From Hyphomicrobiales bacterium (GTDB taxonomy: Bacteria > Pseudomonadota > Alphaproteobacteria > Rhizobiales > Aestuariivirgaceae), in the NCBI GenBank assembly GCA_031416755.1, contig JANOUE010000023.1:34972-98971 (forward strand): 64,000 nucleotides of DNA, written 5' to 3'. Below, piece after piece: positions 30,779 to 41,329 of this stretch. The notes under the pieces are model-generated. The model did not search any database, was not told the DNA's origin, and was given only the letters and a program-made list of their open reading frames with translations. A program made the translations under genes and the position numbers. Every line of letters starts with the position of its first letter. Positions within the stretch are counted from its first letter, which is position 1.

Positions 30779-31209
30779 AAATTGCATTGGGTGGTGATAG
30801 TGCGGGCAAGCCATTGATAGATGTAATTGAGGCACATCTCAAAACCAAGCCTGAACATGCGGTTTCAAACCTGAGCCAGTCTGGTTTTTATGCAGACCTC
30901 TCGGCCCTGGTTGCCAGTGCAGTAAGCGATGGGACCTATGAGCGCGCTATATTATGTTGCGGAACCGGAATTGGCGTGTGCATTGCAGCCAATAAAATTC
31001 CAGGTATCAGAGCAGCCCTAACCCACGATACTTACTCTGCTGAACGTGCCGCCAAATCTAACAATGCGCAAATTATTACCATGGGAGCGAGGGTGATTGG
31101 GCCTGAATTGGCCAAAGCCATTGTTGATAGCTGGCTTGCATCAGAATTTGACCCCAATGGTTCGTCGGCTTCAAATGTCGAGGCCATCAACAAATTGGAC
31201 GCAAAATAG
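30775..31209 (+). CDS. eryI: RpiB/LacA/LacB isomerase, EryI/DerI type (D-erythrulose-4-phosphate isomerase)
   Basis: [50 protein letters not shown]; coupled to eryH by an ATGA overlap. Confidence 0.75.
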   Translation: MKIALGGDSAGKPLIDVIEAHLKTKPEHAVSNLSQSGFYADLSALVASAVSDGTYERAILCCGTGIGVCIAANKIPGIRAALTHDTYSAERAAKSNNAQIITMGARVIGPELAKAIVDSWLASEFDPNGSSASNVEAINKLDAK

Positions 31210-31211
31210 TT

Positions 31212-31811
31212 TTATTTAGTGGTTTGTGGATAAATGGTCTCGCCACGCCGCAGCATATCAACAAATGCTGCTATCCGTTTTTTGCGACCGGCTTCAGTTT
31301 TCAAATTGTGCATGCGAAAAGCCAAGGCAAAGCGATTTTGTTCGCTAAGATTTTCAAACATTTTCTTGGCATTTGGATCTGCATCAATTGCGCGCTGAAG
31401 GTCGTCAGGAATTTTAAGGTTCTTCCCACTTTTATAGGCTCGGTCCCACCGGCCATCAGACTTGGCTGCGGCCACATGTTGCAAACCATGTTCGGTCATG
31501 CGGCCTTCAGCAACGAGGCGCGCCACATTATCGACATTGATTTGACTCCAAATGCTTTTCGGGCCGCGTCTCGTGTAACGTTGCAGAAAGCTCTTCTCGT
31601 CAAAGCCTTTGCGCACAGCATCAATCCACCCCCAGCACAAAACAACATCTATGGCTTGCTTGGCATTTATTGAGGGCAGGCCGGATTTCACTTTGTGAAT
31701 TTTAATCCAGAGTTCTTGTTCAGTCGCGTGGTGTTTGGAGAGCCACAGATAAAAACTTTCAGCGTCTGAAAATTCACGCACTTTAGTTGGATCGACTATG
31801 ATGGGAGCCAT
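31212..31811 (-). CDS. YdeI/OmpD-associated family protein
   Basis: A.DVVLCWGWID, QRY..R...S.WS..N, P.DL..A, and F..L....R...A.KR.A.F motifs. Confidence 0.85.
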   Translation of the reverse strand: MAPIIVDPTKVREFSDAESFYLWLSKHHATEQELWIKIHKVKSGLPSINAKQAIDVVLCWGWIDAVRKGFDEKSFLQRYTRRGPKSIWSQINVDNVARLVAEGRMTEHGLQHVAAAKSDGRWDRAYKSGKNLKIPDDLQRAIDADPNAKKMFENLSEQNRFALAFRMHNLKTEAGRKKRIAAFVDMLRRGETIYPQTTK

Positions 31812-31865
31812 GTGCAACCTTCAAATTAGGGCCGAACATTTACAATACTGCTGCGGCTTGTCAAC

Positions 31866-31880
31866 GTTCACTTAATGTTC
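31866..31880 (+). promoter_or_regulatory. Alphaproteobacterial LexA (SOS) box upstream of comM
   Basis: GTTC-ACTTAAT-GTTC is an exact GTTC-N7-GTTC. A degenerate GAAC-N7-ATAC lies at 31834-31848. Confidence 0.8.
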
Positions 31881-31942
31881 TTGCCACAGTGCCCGATCTG
31901 CGCTAGCCTTCATTCAGAAGTTGAGTGCGGCAGGTGGGGATT

Positions 31943-33475
31943 ATGACAGCACGGGTGGCAACAGTGGCATTTCACGGCGTTGAAGCTGTGGCGGTGGATG
32001 TGCAAGCGCAATTCATGTCGGGTCAAACTGTGTTTCAGGTTGTGGGCCTCGGCGACAAGGCCATTGCCGAAAGCAAAGAACGCGTGCGCGCTGCTCTCCA
32101 TGCCATTGGCCTTGGCCTGCCCGGCAAACGCCTCGTGGTTAATTTATCGCCTGCCGACCTACCCAAAGAAGGCAGTCATTATGATTTGCCAATCGCATTG
32201 GCTGTGCTTTCAGCCTTAGGGGTTATTCCACCCGATTTTCTGGAGCGTTATGTTGTCATGGGTGAGCTCGCACTTGACGGCGGTCTCTTGCCAGTATCTG
32301 GTGCTTTGCCTGCCGCCATGGCTGCGAATGCCCGCGACTTAGGATTAATTTGTCCCAAAATATCTGGTTCAGAGGCCGCATGGGCATCTGACGATTTGGA
32401 TATTTTGGCGCCTGATAATCTCATCCAACTTATCAATCATGTAAAAGGCAGCCAAGTTCTCTCGCGGCCAAAGCCGCATCTAGCAATGATCGATAAGGCC
32501 CTCCCTGACCTTGCAGATATTAAAGGCCAGGAAGCGGCCAAGCGCGCCCTCGAAGTTGCAGCAGCGGGCGGCCATCATTTGCTCATGGTAGGGCCGCCTG
32601 GTGCTGGCAAATCTATGCTGGCCCAGCGTCTGCCCTCAATACTCCCGCCGATGGATCCTCGAGAAATGCTCGATGTGAGTATGATTGCCTCACTGGGCGG
32701 TGAATTGAAGGATGGCCAATTGACCAGGCGCAGGCCTTTCCGATCGCCGCATCATTCAGCATCCATGCCCGCACTTGTGGGGGGCGGGCTTCGCGCAAAA
32801 CCGGGTGAAATGGCACTCGCGCATCATGGAGTTTTGTTTTTAGATGAACTCCCCGAATTCCAACCGCGCGTTTTGGAGGCCCTACGTCAGCCGATGGAAT
32901 CAGGAGAAACTGCGGTTGCCCGCGCCAACTACCACATCACATATCCCGCTCGCTTCCAGCTGATCACGGCGATGAACCCGTGCAAATGCGGTATGGCTGG
33001 TGAGCCCGGTCACACCTGCAGGCAAGGCCCACGCTGTGCAAGCGATTATCAGGCCCGTATTTCGGGGCCATTGCTTGACCGGATCGATATTCAAATTGAA
33101 CTTTCGGCGGTGCGCGCATCTGATCTCACATTGCCCGCCCCCAAAGAACGCAGCGCCGATGTGGCTTTACGGGTTGCTAAGGCCAGAGCTATTCAGCAGC
33201 AGCGATTTGCCGATTTGGGCCAATCGCACCTTCGTACCAATTCACAAGCAGATGGCAATGTATTGGAAATCATTTCAGCTTTAGACCAAGCTGGCACCAC
33301 ACTCATCCGAGATGCAGCAGATGCCATGAATCTTTCCGCGCGCGGGTACCACCGCGTGCTTCGCGTGGCCCGCACGATTGCTGATCTTGATGGCCGTGAA
33401 GCGATTTCCAGATTACATCTGGCGGAAGCATTAAGTTACCGTCAAAAACCTGCCGGGCTACGCCAAGCTGCATAA
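31943..33475 (+). CDS. comM: YifB/ComM Mg-chelatase-like AAA+ ATPase
   Basis: ESKERVRAA, NLSPADLPKEGSHYDLPIA, GPPGAGKSMLA, PFRSPHHSAS, LFLDELPEF, AMNPC.CG and ISGPLLDRID motifs. Confidence 0.95.
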   Translation: MTARVATVAFHGVEAVAVDVQAQFMSGQTVFQVVGLGDKAIAESKERVRAALHAIGLGLPGKRLVVNLSPADLPKEGSHYDLPIALAVLSALGVIPPDFLERYVVMGELALDGGLLPVSGALPAAMAANARDLGLICPKISGSEAAWASDDLDILAPDNLIQLINHVKGSQVLSRPKPHLAMIDKALPDLADIKGQEAAKRALEVAAAGGHHLLMVGPPGAGKSMLAQRLPSILPPMDPREMLDVSMIASLGGELKDGQLTRRRPFRSPHHSASMPALVGGGLRAKPGEMALAHHGVLFLDELPEFQPRVLEALRQPMESGETAVARANYHITYPARFQLITAMNPCKCGMAGEPGHTCRQGPRCASDYQARISGPLLDRIDIQIELSAVRASDLTLPAPKERSADVALRVAKARAIQQQRFADLGQSHLRTNSQADGNVLEIISALDQAGTTLIRDAADAMNLSARGYHRVLRVARTIADLDGREAISRLHLAEALSYRQKPAGLRQAA

Positions 33476-33581
33476 AGTTAAGTGGATATTCACCACCTGT
33501 TGACTCTCAATGCAATCTGTTAGGAATTCTCAAACTATGCCTGCCACAATGGCTCCATTGGGGACGTGAGAGGTAGATTGT

Positions 33582-35399
33582 TTGGGCCAGAACCTTGAGA
33601 AAGAAGAAATTGTAAGAGCGCTAAAGAATGAGCAAGGCGTTTTGCCGTTGCTAATTCCAGTACTGGCACTCGCAACGACATCAATGCTGATTTTTGCAAC
33701 AATTTATTTTGCCTCGCATAACTATTATCAAATTGCAGCGACCATCCTAATTGCTGGCGTTCTGGGAGTTCTAATTGCGTCATTTACCATGGTGAGGCGC
33801 TCCAATGACGGCCGTACACATCGCCTCATGGCTGCCGTTGCTGCTGCCCAACTGGCAAGAACACAAGCTGAAATTGCTGCACGCGAAAAATCGCGCCTGC
33901 TTGCAACCATGACCCATGAAATCCGCACCCCGCTGAATGGCATCATTGGAATGTTGGGATTGTTGCAAGAAACTGAGCTTACACCTGAACAATTGAATTA
34001 CAGCTCAATTGCTCATTCTTCAAGCCGCACACTTCTCTCGATCGTTGATGAAATTCTCGACAATGCTAAAGCCGTTGCGAAAAAGTCAATTTCTTCGCAA
34101 ACTGTTGATTTAGTGGGTCTAGTGGAAGTTGTTACCGAACTGCTTTCGCCGCGCGCCCATGCTAAGGCCATTGAAATATCAGCTTATATTGCTCGCAATG
34201 TACCAACTTTGGTGGCTGGCGACGACGTTCGTTTGCGTCAAATTCTATTTAATCTTGCCGGCAATGCGATCAAGTTTACGGAGAAAGGCGGGGTGGCAAT
34301 CGATGTCACCTTGAATAGCCAGAACCAACTGCGCTTTGTCATTGCTGATTCAGGCATTGGCATGACCGTTGAAGAACTCGGCCGGGTTTTTAACGAATTT
34401 GAGCAGGCAAGTTCGAATACGTCGCAAAAATATGGCGGCACAGGCTTGGGCCTTGCTATCAGCAAACGTCTCATTGCTGAAATGGGTGGAACACTTGAGG
34501 TCACAAGCATTGCTGGTGAAGGCACAGCATTCGCCTTTACCTTGCCCACTCAGCTTGAACCCGTAGCAAGCCCCACAACACTGGCACTGGATAATCGACA
34601 TTACACGCTCGCTATGGCAGCTGGTGTCACCAAACGCCATCTCGCGCAAAACCTAATGGACCTTGGAGCTAAAGTGAGCGAGCTGAAAGATTCAGCCGAA
34701 TTCAAGAATTGCCTTGCCCATTCCACACCGCTCACATCAATCATTTGCGACAGTTCGTTTGCTGAAGAGTTGCAAACTTGGGTGAAAACAAAGTCTGCAA
34801 AAAAAGCCAATAGTGTGTGGGTCATGCTGAAATCGGAAGAGCGCAGTACCCATAAATCGCTGCTCTCAGCGCCGTTTTCTGGCTATTTGTTGCGGCCCTT
34901 GCGCCGTTCCACTTTACTCTATCTCTTATCAGCGCAAGACGGCGCCATTCTTAAATCTGCCAGCTCTGAACTTCGCCAAGCAACCAAGCCACCTCGGGCT
35001 CAAAAATCGCTGCGCCTGCTCTTGGCCGAGGACAACCCGGTCAACTCCTTGCTTATTCGCACGATCCTTACGCGCATGGGCCATGAGGTGCAGGCGGTCA
35101 CCAATGGTGAAGCGGCGGTGCAAGCCCTGTTGCATAACGGCAGGTTTGATATGGCTCTGCTTGATGTTGAAATGCCGCGCATGAATGGCCATCAAACCGC
35201 TCGCGCAATCCGTGAGCATAAAATAAAAGCCAAGGGAAACCGCGCTTTGCCAATCTTGGCACTCACGGCTCATGCAAGGCCCGATGATATTGCCGCTTGC
35301 CATGATGCCGGCATGGATGGGCATTTGGCCAAGCCCTTTGATCAACATGATCTTGAAGATGCCTTGCGCGACTTGATCCGCATTCGCAAAGCAGCCTAG
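33582..35399 (+). CDS. Hybrid sensor histidine kinase with C-terminal receiver domain; start uncertain
   Basis: Two TM segments, H-box [12 protein letters not shown]-box [21 protein letters not shown], and REC motifs LAEDN, LLDVEMP, LAKP. Confidence 0.9.
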   Translation: MGQNLEKEEIVRALKNEQGVLPLLIPVLALATTSMLIFATIYFASHNYYQIAATILIAGVLGVLIASFTMVRRSNDGRTHRLMAAVAAAQLARTQAEIAAREKSRLLATMTHEIRTPLNGIIGMLGLLQETELTPEQLNYSSIAHSSSRTLLSIVDEILDNAKAVAKKSISSQTVDLVGLVEVVTELLSPRAHAKAIEISAYIARNVPTLVAGDDVRLRQILFNLAGNAIKFTEKGGVAIDVTLNSQNQLRFVIADSGIGMTVEELGRVFNEFEQASSNTSQKYGGTGLGLAISKRLIAEMGGTLEVTSIAGEGTAFAFTLPTQLEPVASPTTLALDNRHYTLAMAAGVTKRHLAQNLMDLGAKVSELKDSAEFKNCLAHSTPLTSIICDSSFAEELQTWVKTKSAKKANSVWVMLKSEERSTHKSLLSAPFSGYLLRPLRRSTLLYLLSAQDGAILKSASSELRQATKPPRAQKSLRLLLAEDNPVNSLLIRTILTRMGHEVQAVTNGEAAVQALLHNGRFDMALLDVEMPRMNGHQTARAIREHKIKAKGNRALPILALTAHARPDDIAACHDAGMDGHLAKPFDQHDLEDALRDLIRIRKAA

Positions 35400-35472
35400 A
35401 AATAATTGTAATTTGCCCTTGATAGAACTGTCACAATTGTGGTGTTGATAGGTTTCCTACACGGGGTTTATT

Positions 35473-36288
35473 GTGAAGTTAGAACCACATTTTTCAAAGC
35501 GGCTGGATCTTGGCATTAAACTTGCCAAATCGAAAAAGCATGTAGAGCTAGCCCAGCGCTTGCGCTACCGCGTGTTTCATGAGGAAATGGGTGCGGTTGC
35601 TGATTGCCTCACTCTCACGACAAAGCGGGACCAAGATCAGTTTGATGAAATTTGTGACCATTTATTGGTCACGCGAAGCCGCAACGAAAGTTCCAATCCA
35701 GAACTCTGCATTGATGATGAAGAGGTGGTTGGAACTTACCGGATGCTGCGCCAAACCATAGCAAAGAAATATGGTGGTTTTTACAGCCAAAATGAATTTG
35801 ATATAGAGCCGCTCTTGGCCCGAAAAGCAGATTTGTCTTTTCTCGAACTCGGGCGGTCATGCGTTTTGGCTCAGTATCGCGGAACCCCGGTTATTGAACT
35901 TTTATGGCAAGGCATATGGAATTATGTGCGGCATTACAAAATAGATGTGATGTTTGGTTGTGCCAGTTTTGATGGCGTAAATCCTGACGCCCATGCCGAT
36001 ACTTTAAGTTTCCTTGGCCATCACACGCAATTGCCTGAAGATTGGCATGCGCGCGCGCATGAAGCGCATTATCTCGAAATGAAACGAAAAGCAGCTGACA
36101 CCATAGACTGTCGTAAAGCCATGCTCAGCCTGCCACCGCTGATCAAGGGTTATTTGCGTTTAGGCAGCTATATTGGTGAAGGTGCTGTGATTGACCTGGC
36201 CTTCAACACCATCGATGTGTTGGTGGTTTTGCCAATCGCTTCAATTAACCCGCGCTATTTTGCGCATTTCGGTGGGCCTACCAATTAA
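35473..36288 (+). CDS. olsB: Ornithine-acyl-ACP N-acyltransferase (OlsB-type GNAT)
   Basis: AQRLRYRVF.EEMGA, D.D.FD..CDHLLV, VGTYR, LELGRSCV, LLWQG, FGCASF and LPPLIKGYLRLG motifs. Confidence 0.85.
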   Translation: MKLEPHFSKRLDLGIKLAKSKKHVELAQRLRYRVFHEEMGAVADCLTLTTKRDQDQFDEICDHLLVTRSRNESSNPELCIDDEEVVGTYRMLRQTIAKKYGGFYSQNEFDIEPLLARKADLSFLELGRSCVLAQYRGTPVIELLWQGIWNYVRHYKIDVMFGCASFDGVNPDAHADTLSFLGHHTQLPEDWHARAHEAHYLEMKRKAADTIDCRKAMLSLPPLIKGYLRLGSYIGEGAVIDLAFNTIDVLVVLPIASINPRYFAHFGGPTN

Positions 36289-38548
36289 TATCAAAGGCAG
36301 CCAGTGCTGCTAAATTAACAATGTCGTTGGCCGTGGCCGACATGGACGCAATCTGCACTGGTTTTGCAAGGCCGGTGAGCAATGGTCCCACAACTGTAAC
36401 GCCACCCAATTGCTGCAACATTTTGGTGGAAATAGAGGCAGAATGTGCGGCAGGCATGACCAACACATTGGCTGGCCCTGTCAAGCGGCAAAATGGATAA
36501 AGTGCCATTGCCTCAGGTGAAAGGGCAACGTCTGCTGCCATTTCGCCATCATATTCAAAATCAACTTTGCGCTCATCCAAAACCTTGACGGCGCGCCTCA
36601 CATATTCTGCACGGTCACCCTTTGGATAACCAAATGTGGAATAGGACAGAAACGCCACGCGCGGCTCCACCCCAAAGCGGCGTGCAACACCTGCTGCTTC
36701 CAGCGCAATTTCGGCAAGTTCTTCTGCCGTTGGCAGTTCATGGATCGATGTGTCAGCAATAAACACTGTGCGCCCCCGCACCAACGCCATGGAAACAGCA
36801 ATCGGGCGATGCCCTGGCTTTGCATCAATGGCGCGGCGCACGTTATCAAGGGCTACAGAATAGTTTCGCGTAAGACCCGTCACCATCGCGTCAGCATCCC
36901 CCAAGGCCAACATGCAAGCGCCAAATATATTGCGGTCTTGGTTGGCCATTCGTTGGCAATCACGGAGCAGGAAACCTTCGCGCTGCAACCTTGCATAGAG
37001 GTAGTCACCATAATCAACATTTCGATGAGAAATGCGTGCATTGAGAATCTCAACATTCTCATGCAGCTCAAGCGTTGAAACTTTGAGCGATGCATTGATC
37101 ATATCTTCGCGGCCAATCAAAATCGCTTTGCCCAATCCTTGGTTGGCAAAACTATTGGCGGCACGGATCATCCGGTCTTCTTCGCCTTCCGCAAAAATCA
37201 CGCGGCGCGGCTGTGATTTCACATGTGTGTAAACGCTTTGCAAAGTGCCGACGATGGGGTCAAGCCGCGCTGACAATTCATGAGCATATGCGGCAAGGTC
37301 GGTAATATGCTTGCGCGCAACACCAGAGGCCATGGCGGCCTTAGCAACTGCCACTGGAATGCGAGAAATAAGCCGAGGGTCAAAAGGGGCTGGGATCAAA
37401 TAGTCGCGCCCAAATGATAGTTGCGAACCATGATAGGCGGCTGACACTTCATCAGGCACATCTTCACGCGCAAGTTCAGCCAAAGCTTTAGCTGCCGCAA
37501 TTTTCATGTCTTCATTAATGGTGCGCGCCCGCACATCTAATGCGCCGCGGAAAATGTAAGGGAAGCCAAGCACATTATTCACTTGATTAGGATAATCCGA
37601 ACGCCCGGTGGCCATAATCGCGTCGGAGCGCACTTCAGCCACATCTTCAGGCAAAATCTCCGGATCAGGGTTGGCCATTGCGAAAATAATCGGATTGGCC
37701 GCCATGCTTTTGACCATGGCCTGGGTTAAAGCACCTGCCACTGAAAGCCCAAAGAACACATCAGCTCCATCCATCGCCTGAGCGAGTGTGCGCAAATTCG
37801 TGGGCACGGCATGGGCTGATTTCCATTGGTTCATGCCATCGCTGCGGCCCTGATAAACCACTCCCTTGGAATCACAGAGAATGACGTTTTCATTTGGAAC
37901 ACCCAATGACTTCACCAACTCCACGCAAGCAATCGCTGCTGCTCCGGCCCCATTGCAAACGATCTTGCAGGTTTTTAAGTCGCGGCCCGTGATATGCAGG
38001 GCATTGATTAATCCAGCTGTAGCGATAATGGCCGTGCCATGTTGGTCATCATGAAACACTGGAATGTCCATCAGTTCTCGCAAGCGCTGCTCGATGATAA
38101 AGCAATCAGGGGCTTTTATATCTTCGAGATTAATGCCGCCGAATGACGGGCCCAAATAACGCACCGCACCAATGAATTCTTCGACATTTTTGGTGTCGAC
38201 TTCGAGATCAATAGCATCAACATCGGCAAAGCGCTTGAACAAAACTGCCTTACCCTCCATCACCGGTTTAGAGGCAAGTGCACCCAAATCACCAAGCCCT
38301 AAAATTGCGGTGCCATTGGAAATCACAGCCACTAAATTGCCTTTAGAAGTATAATCATAGGCCAAATCGGGGTTCTCAGCGATGCGCCGCACCGGAACTG
38401 CAACTCCAGGCGAATAGGCCAGTGACAAATCACGCTGGGTTGCCATTGGCTTGGTTGGCGTAATTTCAAGCTTGCCTGGTTTTCCCCGCGAATGGAATTG
38501 CAAGGCTTCCTCGTCAGTAAAGGAAGGTCGCGTGGGGGCTTTGCTCAT
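36278..38548 (-). CDS. maeB: NADP-dependent malic enzyme with PTA-like C-terminal domain
   Basis: DLSLAYSPGVA, NGTAILGLG, KPVMEGKAVLFK.FA, FHDDQHGTA, TGRSDYPNQVNN, and C-terminal FAEGE and DGEMAAD motifs. Confidence 0.96.
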   Translation of the reverse strand: MSKAPTRPSFTDEEALQFHSRGKPGKLEITPTKPMATQRDLSLAYSPGVAVPVRRIAENPDLAYDYTSKGNLVAVISNGTAILGLGDLGALASKPVMEGKAVLFKRFADVDAIDLEVDTKNVEEFIGAVRYLGPSFGGINLEDIKAPDCFIIEQRLRELMDIPVFHDDQHGTAIIATAGLINALHITGRDLKTCKIVCNGAGAAAIACVELVKSLGVPNENVILCDSKGVVYQGRSDGMNQWKSAHAVPTNLRTLAQAMDGADVFFGLSVAGALTQAMVKSMAANPIIFAMANPDPEILPEDVAEVRSDAIMATGRSDYPNQVNNVLGFPYIFRGALDVRARTINEDMKIAAAKALAELAREDVPDEVSAAYHGSQLSFGRDYLIPAPFDPRLISRIPVAVAKAAMASGVARKHITDLAAYAHELSARLDPIVGTLQSVYTHVKSQPRRVIFAEGEEDRMIRAANSFANQGLGKAILIGREDMINASLKVSTLELHENVEILNARISHRNVDYGDYLYARLQREGFLLRDCQRMANQDRNIFGACMLALGDADAMVTGLTRNYSVALDNVRRAIDAKPGHRPIAVSMALVRGRTVFIADTSIHELPTAEELAEIALEAAGVARRFGVEPRVAFLSYSTFGYPKGDRAEYVRRAVKVLDERKVDFEYDGEMAADVALSPEAMALYPFCRLTGPANVLVMPAAHSASISTKMLQQLGGVTVVGPLLTGLAKPVQIASMSATANDIVNLAALAAFDINW

Positions 38549-38647
38549 GTTTGAAAATCACCTGTTGTTTTTCGCAACCTTAGCTGATTTTTCCAACTTG
38601 GCAAAAGAGCATTGGCCGAAACCTCATAATCTCTGATAAGGGAGGCC

Positions 38648-41329
38648 ATGGACCACCGCCCCAGCAGCGCCGACGATGTTGCAACGCCAATGATGGCGCA
38701 ATATCTGGAGATCAAAAAAGACTATCCAGACGCGCTGCTGCTTTACCGCATGGGCGATTTTTTCGAGCTGTTCTTTACCGATGCTGAAAAGGCTTCAGCC
38801 ACTTTAGGCATCGCTCTCACCAAACGCGGCAAGCACAAGGGGGCTGATATTGCCATGTGCGGGGTTCCGGTTCATGCGCTCGATCAGTATTTGCAAAAGC
38901 TCATCCGCCATGGTCATCGCTGCGCTATATGTGAACAGATTGAAGACCCTGCCGAAGCCAAGAAGCGAGGTTCAAAATCGGTGGTGGCCCGCGCAGTTGT
39001 GCGCCTTATCACACCGGGAACACTCACCGAAGATTCTTTGCTCGATGCAAAATCTAGAAATTATCTGGCAGCTCTGACCCTCTCAAAATTCAACGGCGAA
39101 ATGGCTTTGGCCTTTGCCGATATTTCAACCGGTGAACTGGTGGTAACCGCTACAGATCTAAACCGCCTATCTGCCGATCTTGCCCGTCTCAATGCTTCAG
39201 AAATTCTGGTGAATGATAGTGTTCTGTCAGAAGGCACAGTGCATGATGTGCTTAGCCAGTCAGGTGCGGCCATCACCTCCTTAGCTGCCAGCCGCTTTGA
39301 CAGCGCTTCCGCTCAGCACCGTTTGCAGCACCACTATCATGTTGAAACCTTAGACTCCTTTGGTGATTTTCGCCGCATTGATGTGGGCGCCCTTGGTGCC
39401 TTGATCGATTACATTTCAATCACGCAAGTTGGCAAGCTGCCTTATTTGCGCCCACCGCGCAGAGAAGCGCCAGAACAAGGCCTGCTGATTGATGCGGCAA
39501 CCAGAACCAATCTTGAACTCACGCGCAGCCAGACCGGCGAGCGCAAAGGCAGTTTGCTGGCTTGCATGACGGAAACTGTCACGGCGGGCGGCACGCGGCT
39601 TCTGGCTGATGTCATTGCCAGACCCTTGGCCGATGCCGATTTGATCAACCAACGTCTCGATGCTGTTTCATATTTTCACGAGAGTGAAAACCACTGCACC
39701 GACATTCGCACAACGCTTAAATCCATTCCTGATATTGAACGGGCCTTGGCACGTCTTACTGGCGGGCGCGGCGGGCCGCGCGATCTGGCAGCCATCCGTG
39801 ATGGGTTAAAAGCAATCAAGATATTGTGCGGCGTTTTAAGCGAGCAGCCTAGCCTCTCCAACCAGCCAACGCGGATTGCGGCGCTTTACCAAATATTACA
39901 CCTCGCACCACAAAGCATTGCTGAACATTTTGAGCAATCGCTTGCGCAAGAACTGCCACTCTTGGCGCGTGATGGTGGCTTCATTGCAGCAGGCTATCAA
40001 ACCGAGCTTGACGAGAACCGCACATTGCGCGACCAAACTCGCCAAGTTATTGCAGCACTGCAAGCCCATTATGCCGAAGCCAGCGGTGTGCGCAGCCTCA
40101 AAGTAAAACACAATAATGTGCTGGGGTATTTTATCGAAGTCACGGTTCAGCAGGCTGAGATTCTAAAATCTTCGGATGCTGCATCTGATTTCATCCACCG
40201 CCAAACCATTGCCAGTGCCTCACGCTTCACCACACCAAAACTCGCTGAGCTTGAGCAAAAAATTGCGTTGGCTGCCTCTCGCGTTCTCGCCATCGAGTTG
40301 GACCTCTTTAAAGAATTCGTTGTTGAAGTCAGCGACCAGCGCGCACAGCTTTCTGCTGCGGCCATGGCGCTTGCTGAAGTGGATGTCCAAGCCAGCTTGG
40401 CCTTCCTTGCCAGAGAGCGCCGTTATGTGCGCCCGCGCGTTGATGGCAGTTTGAATTTCAATATTGTTGGTGGTCGTCATCCCATTGTTGAAGAAGCTTT
40501 GCGCGCGCAAAGCGCGAGAAGTTTCGCTGCCAATGATTGTGATCTCAGTGAAGATCACAAGCGCCTGTGGCTTCTCACTGGTCCAAATATGGCGGGCAAA
40601 TCAACCTTCCTGCGCCAGAACGCGCTGATTGCTATTCTTGCCCAAGCGGGATGTTTCGTGCCTGCTACATCAGCCCATGTGGGCTGTGTGGACCGTCTCT
40701 ATAGCCGCGTCGGTGCAGCCGACGATTTGGCCCGTGGCCGTTCAACCTTTATGGTCGAGATGATTGAAACGGCTGCCATTCTCAACCAGTCAACACAGCG
40801 TTCACTCGTCATCCTCGATGAGATTGGCAGAGGTACGGCTACCTATGATGGGCTTTCCATTGCCTGGGCCACACTTGAACATTTGCACGATGTCAATGCA
40901 TCGCGGGCACTCTTTGCAACCCACTATCATGAGCTCACAGCGCTTACAGCCACATTGAAAAAACTCCATTGCGCAACCATGAAAGTCAAAGAGTGGAAGG
41001 GTGATATTATTTTCCTGCATGAAGTTGGAGCTGGCACAGCCAGGCGTTCGTATGGCATTCAAGCAGCGAAATTGGCCGGCATTCCCGCTGCCGTCATTCA
41101 TCGTGCGACCGAAGTTTTGAAGCGTCTGGAAGAGGGACGTGAACGTCCACAAAAGACTAATCTTCTCAACGAACTTCCACTGTTTTCCGCTGCCTTTCAA
41201 GCACCCCCAGAGAAGACTGATGAATTGCGCCAACGCCTCGAAACCTTGGCACCCGACGAAATGTCACCACGTGAAGCCTTGGATATGCTTTATGAGCTGA
41301 AGAAACTTAGCTTCAAACCGGAACCGTGA
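38648..41329 (+). CDS. mutS: DNA mismatch repair protein MutS
   Basis: TPMM.QY, YRMGDFFELF, LTGPNMAGKSTFLRQ, STFMVEM, LDEIGRGT and FATHYHEL motifs. Confidence 0.98.
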   Translation: MDHRPSSADDVATPMMAQYLEIKKDYPDALLLYRMGDFFELFFTDAEKASATLGIALTKRGKHKGADIAMCGVPVHALDQYLQKLIRHGHRCAICEQIEDPAEAKKRGSKSVVARAVVRLITPGTLTEDSLLDAKSRNYLAALTLSKFNGEMALAFADISTGELVVTATDLNRLSADLARLNASEILVNDSVLSEGTVHDVLSQSGAAITSLAASRFDSASAQHRLQHHYHVETLDSFGDFRRIDVGALGALIDYISITQVGKLPYLRPPRREAPEQGLLIDAATRTNLELTRSQTGERKGSLLACMTETVTAGGTRLLADVIARPLADADLINQRLDAVSYFHESENHCTDIRTTLKSIPDIERALARLTGGRGGPRDLAAIRDGLKAIKILCGVLSEQPSLSNQPTRIAALYQILHLAPQSIAEHFEQSLAQELPLLARDGGFIAAGYQTELDENRTLRDQTRQVIAALQAHYAEASGVRSLKVKHNNVLGYFIEVTVQQAEILKSSDAASDFIHRQTIASASRFTTPKLAELEQKIALAASRVLAIELDLFKEFVVEVSDQRAQLSAAAMALAEVDVQASLAFLARERRYVRPRVDGSLNFNIVGGRHPIVEEALRAQSARSFAANDCDLSEDHKRLWLLTGPNMAGKSTFLRQNALIAILAQAGCFVPATSAHVGCVDRLYSRVGAADDLARGRSTFMVEMIETAAILNQSTQRSLVILDEIGRGTATYDGLSIAWATLEHLHDVNASRALFATHYHELTALTATLKKLHCATMKVKEWKGDIIFLHEVGAGTARRSYGIQAAKLAGIPAAVIHRATEVLKRLEEGRERPQKTNLLNELPLFSAAFQAPPEKTDELRQRLETLAPDEMSPREALDMLYELKKLSFKPEP

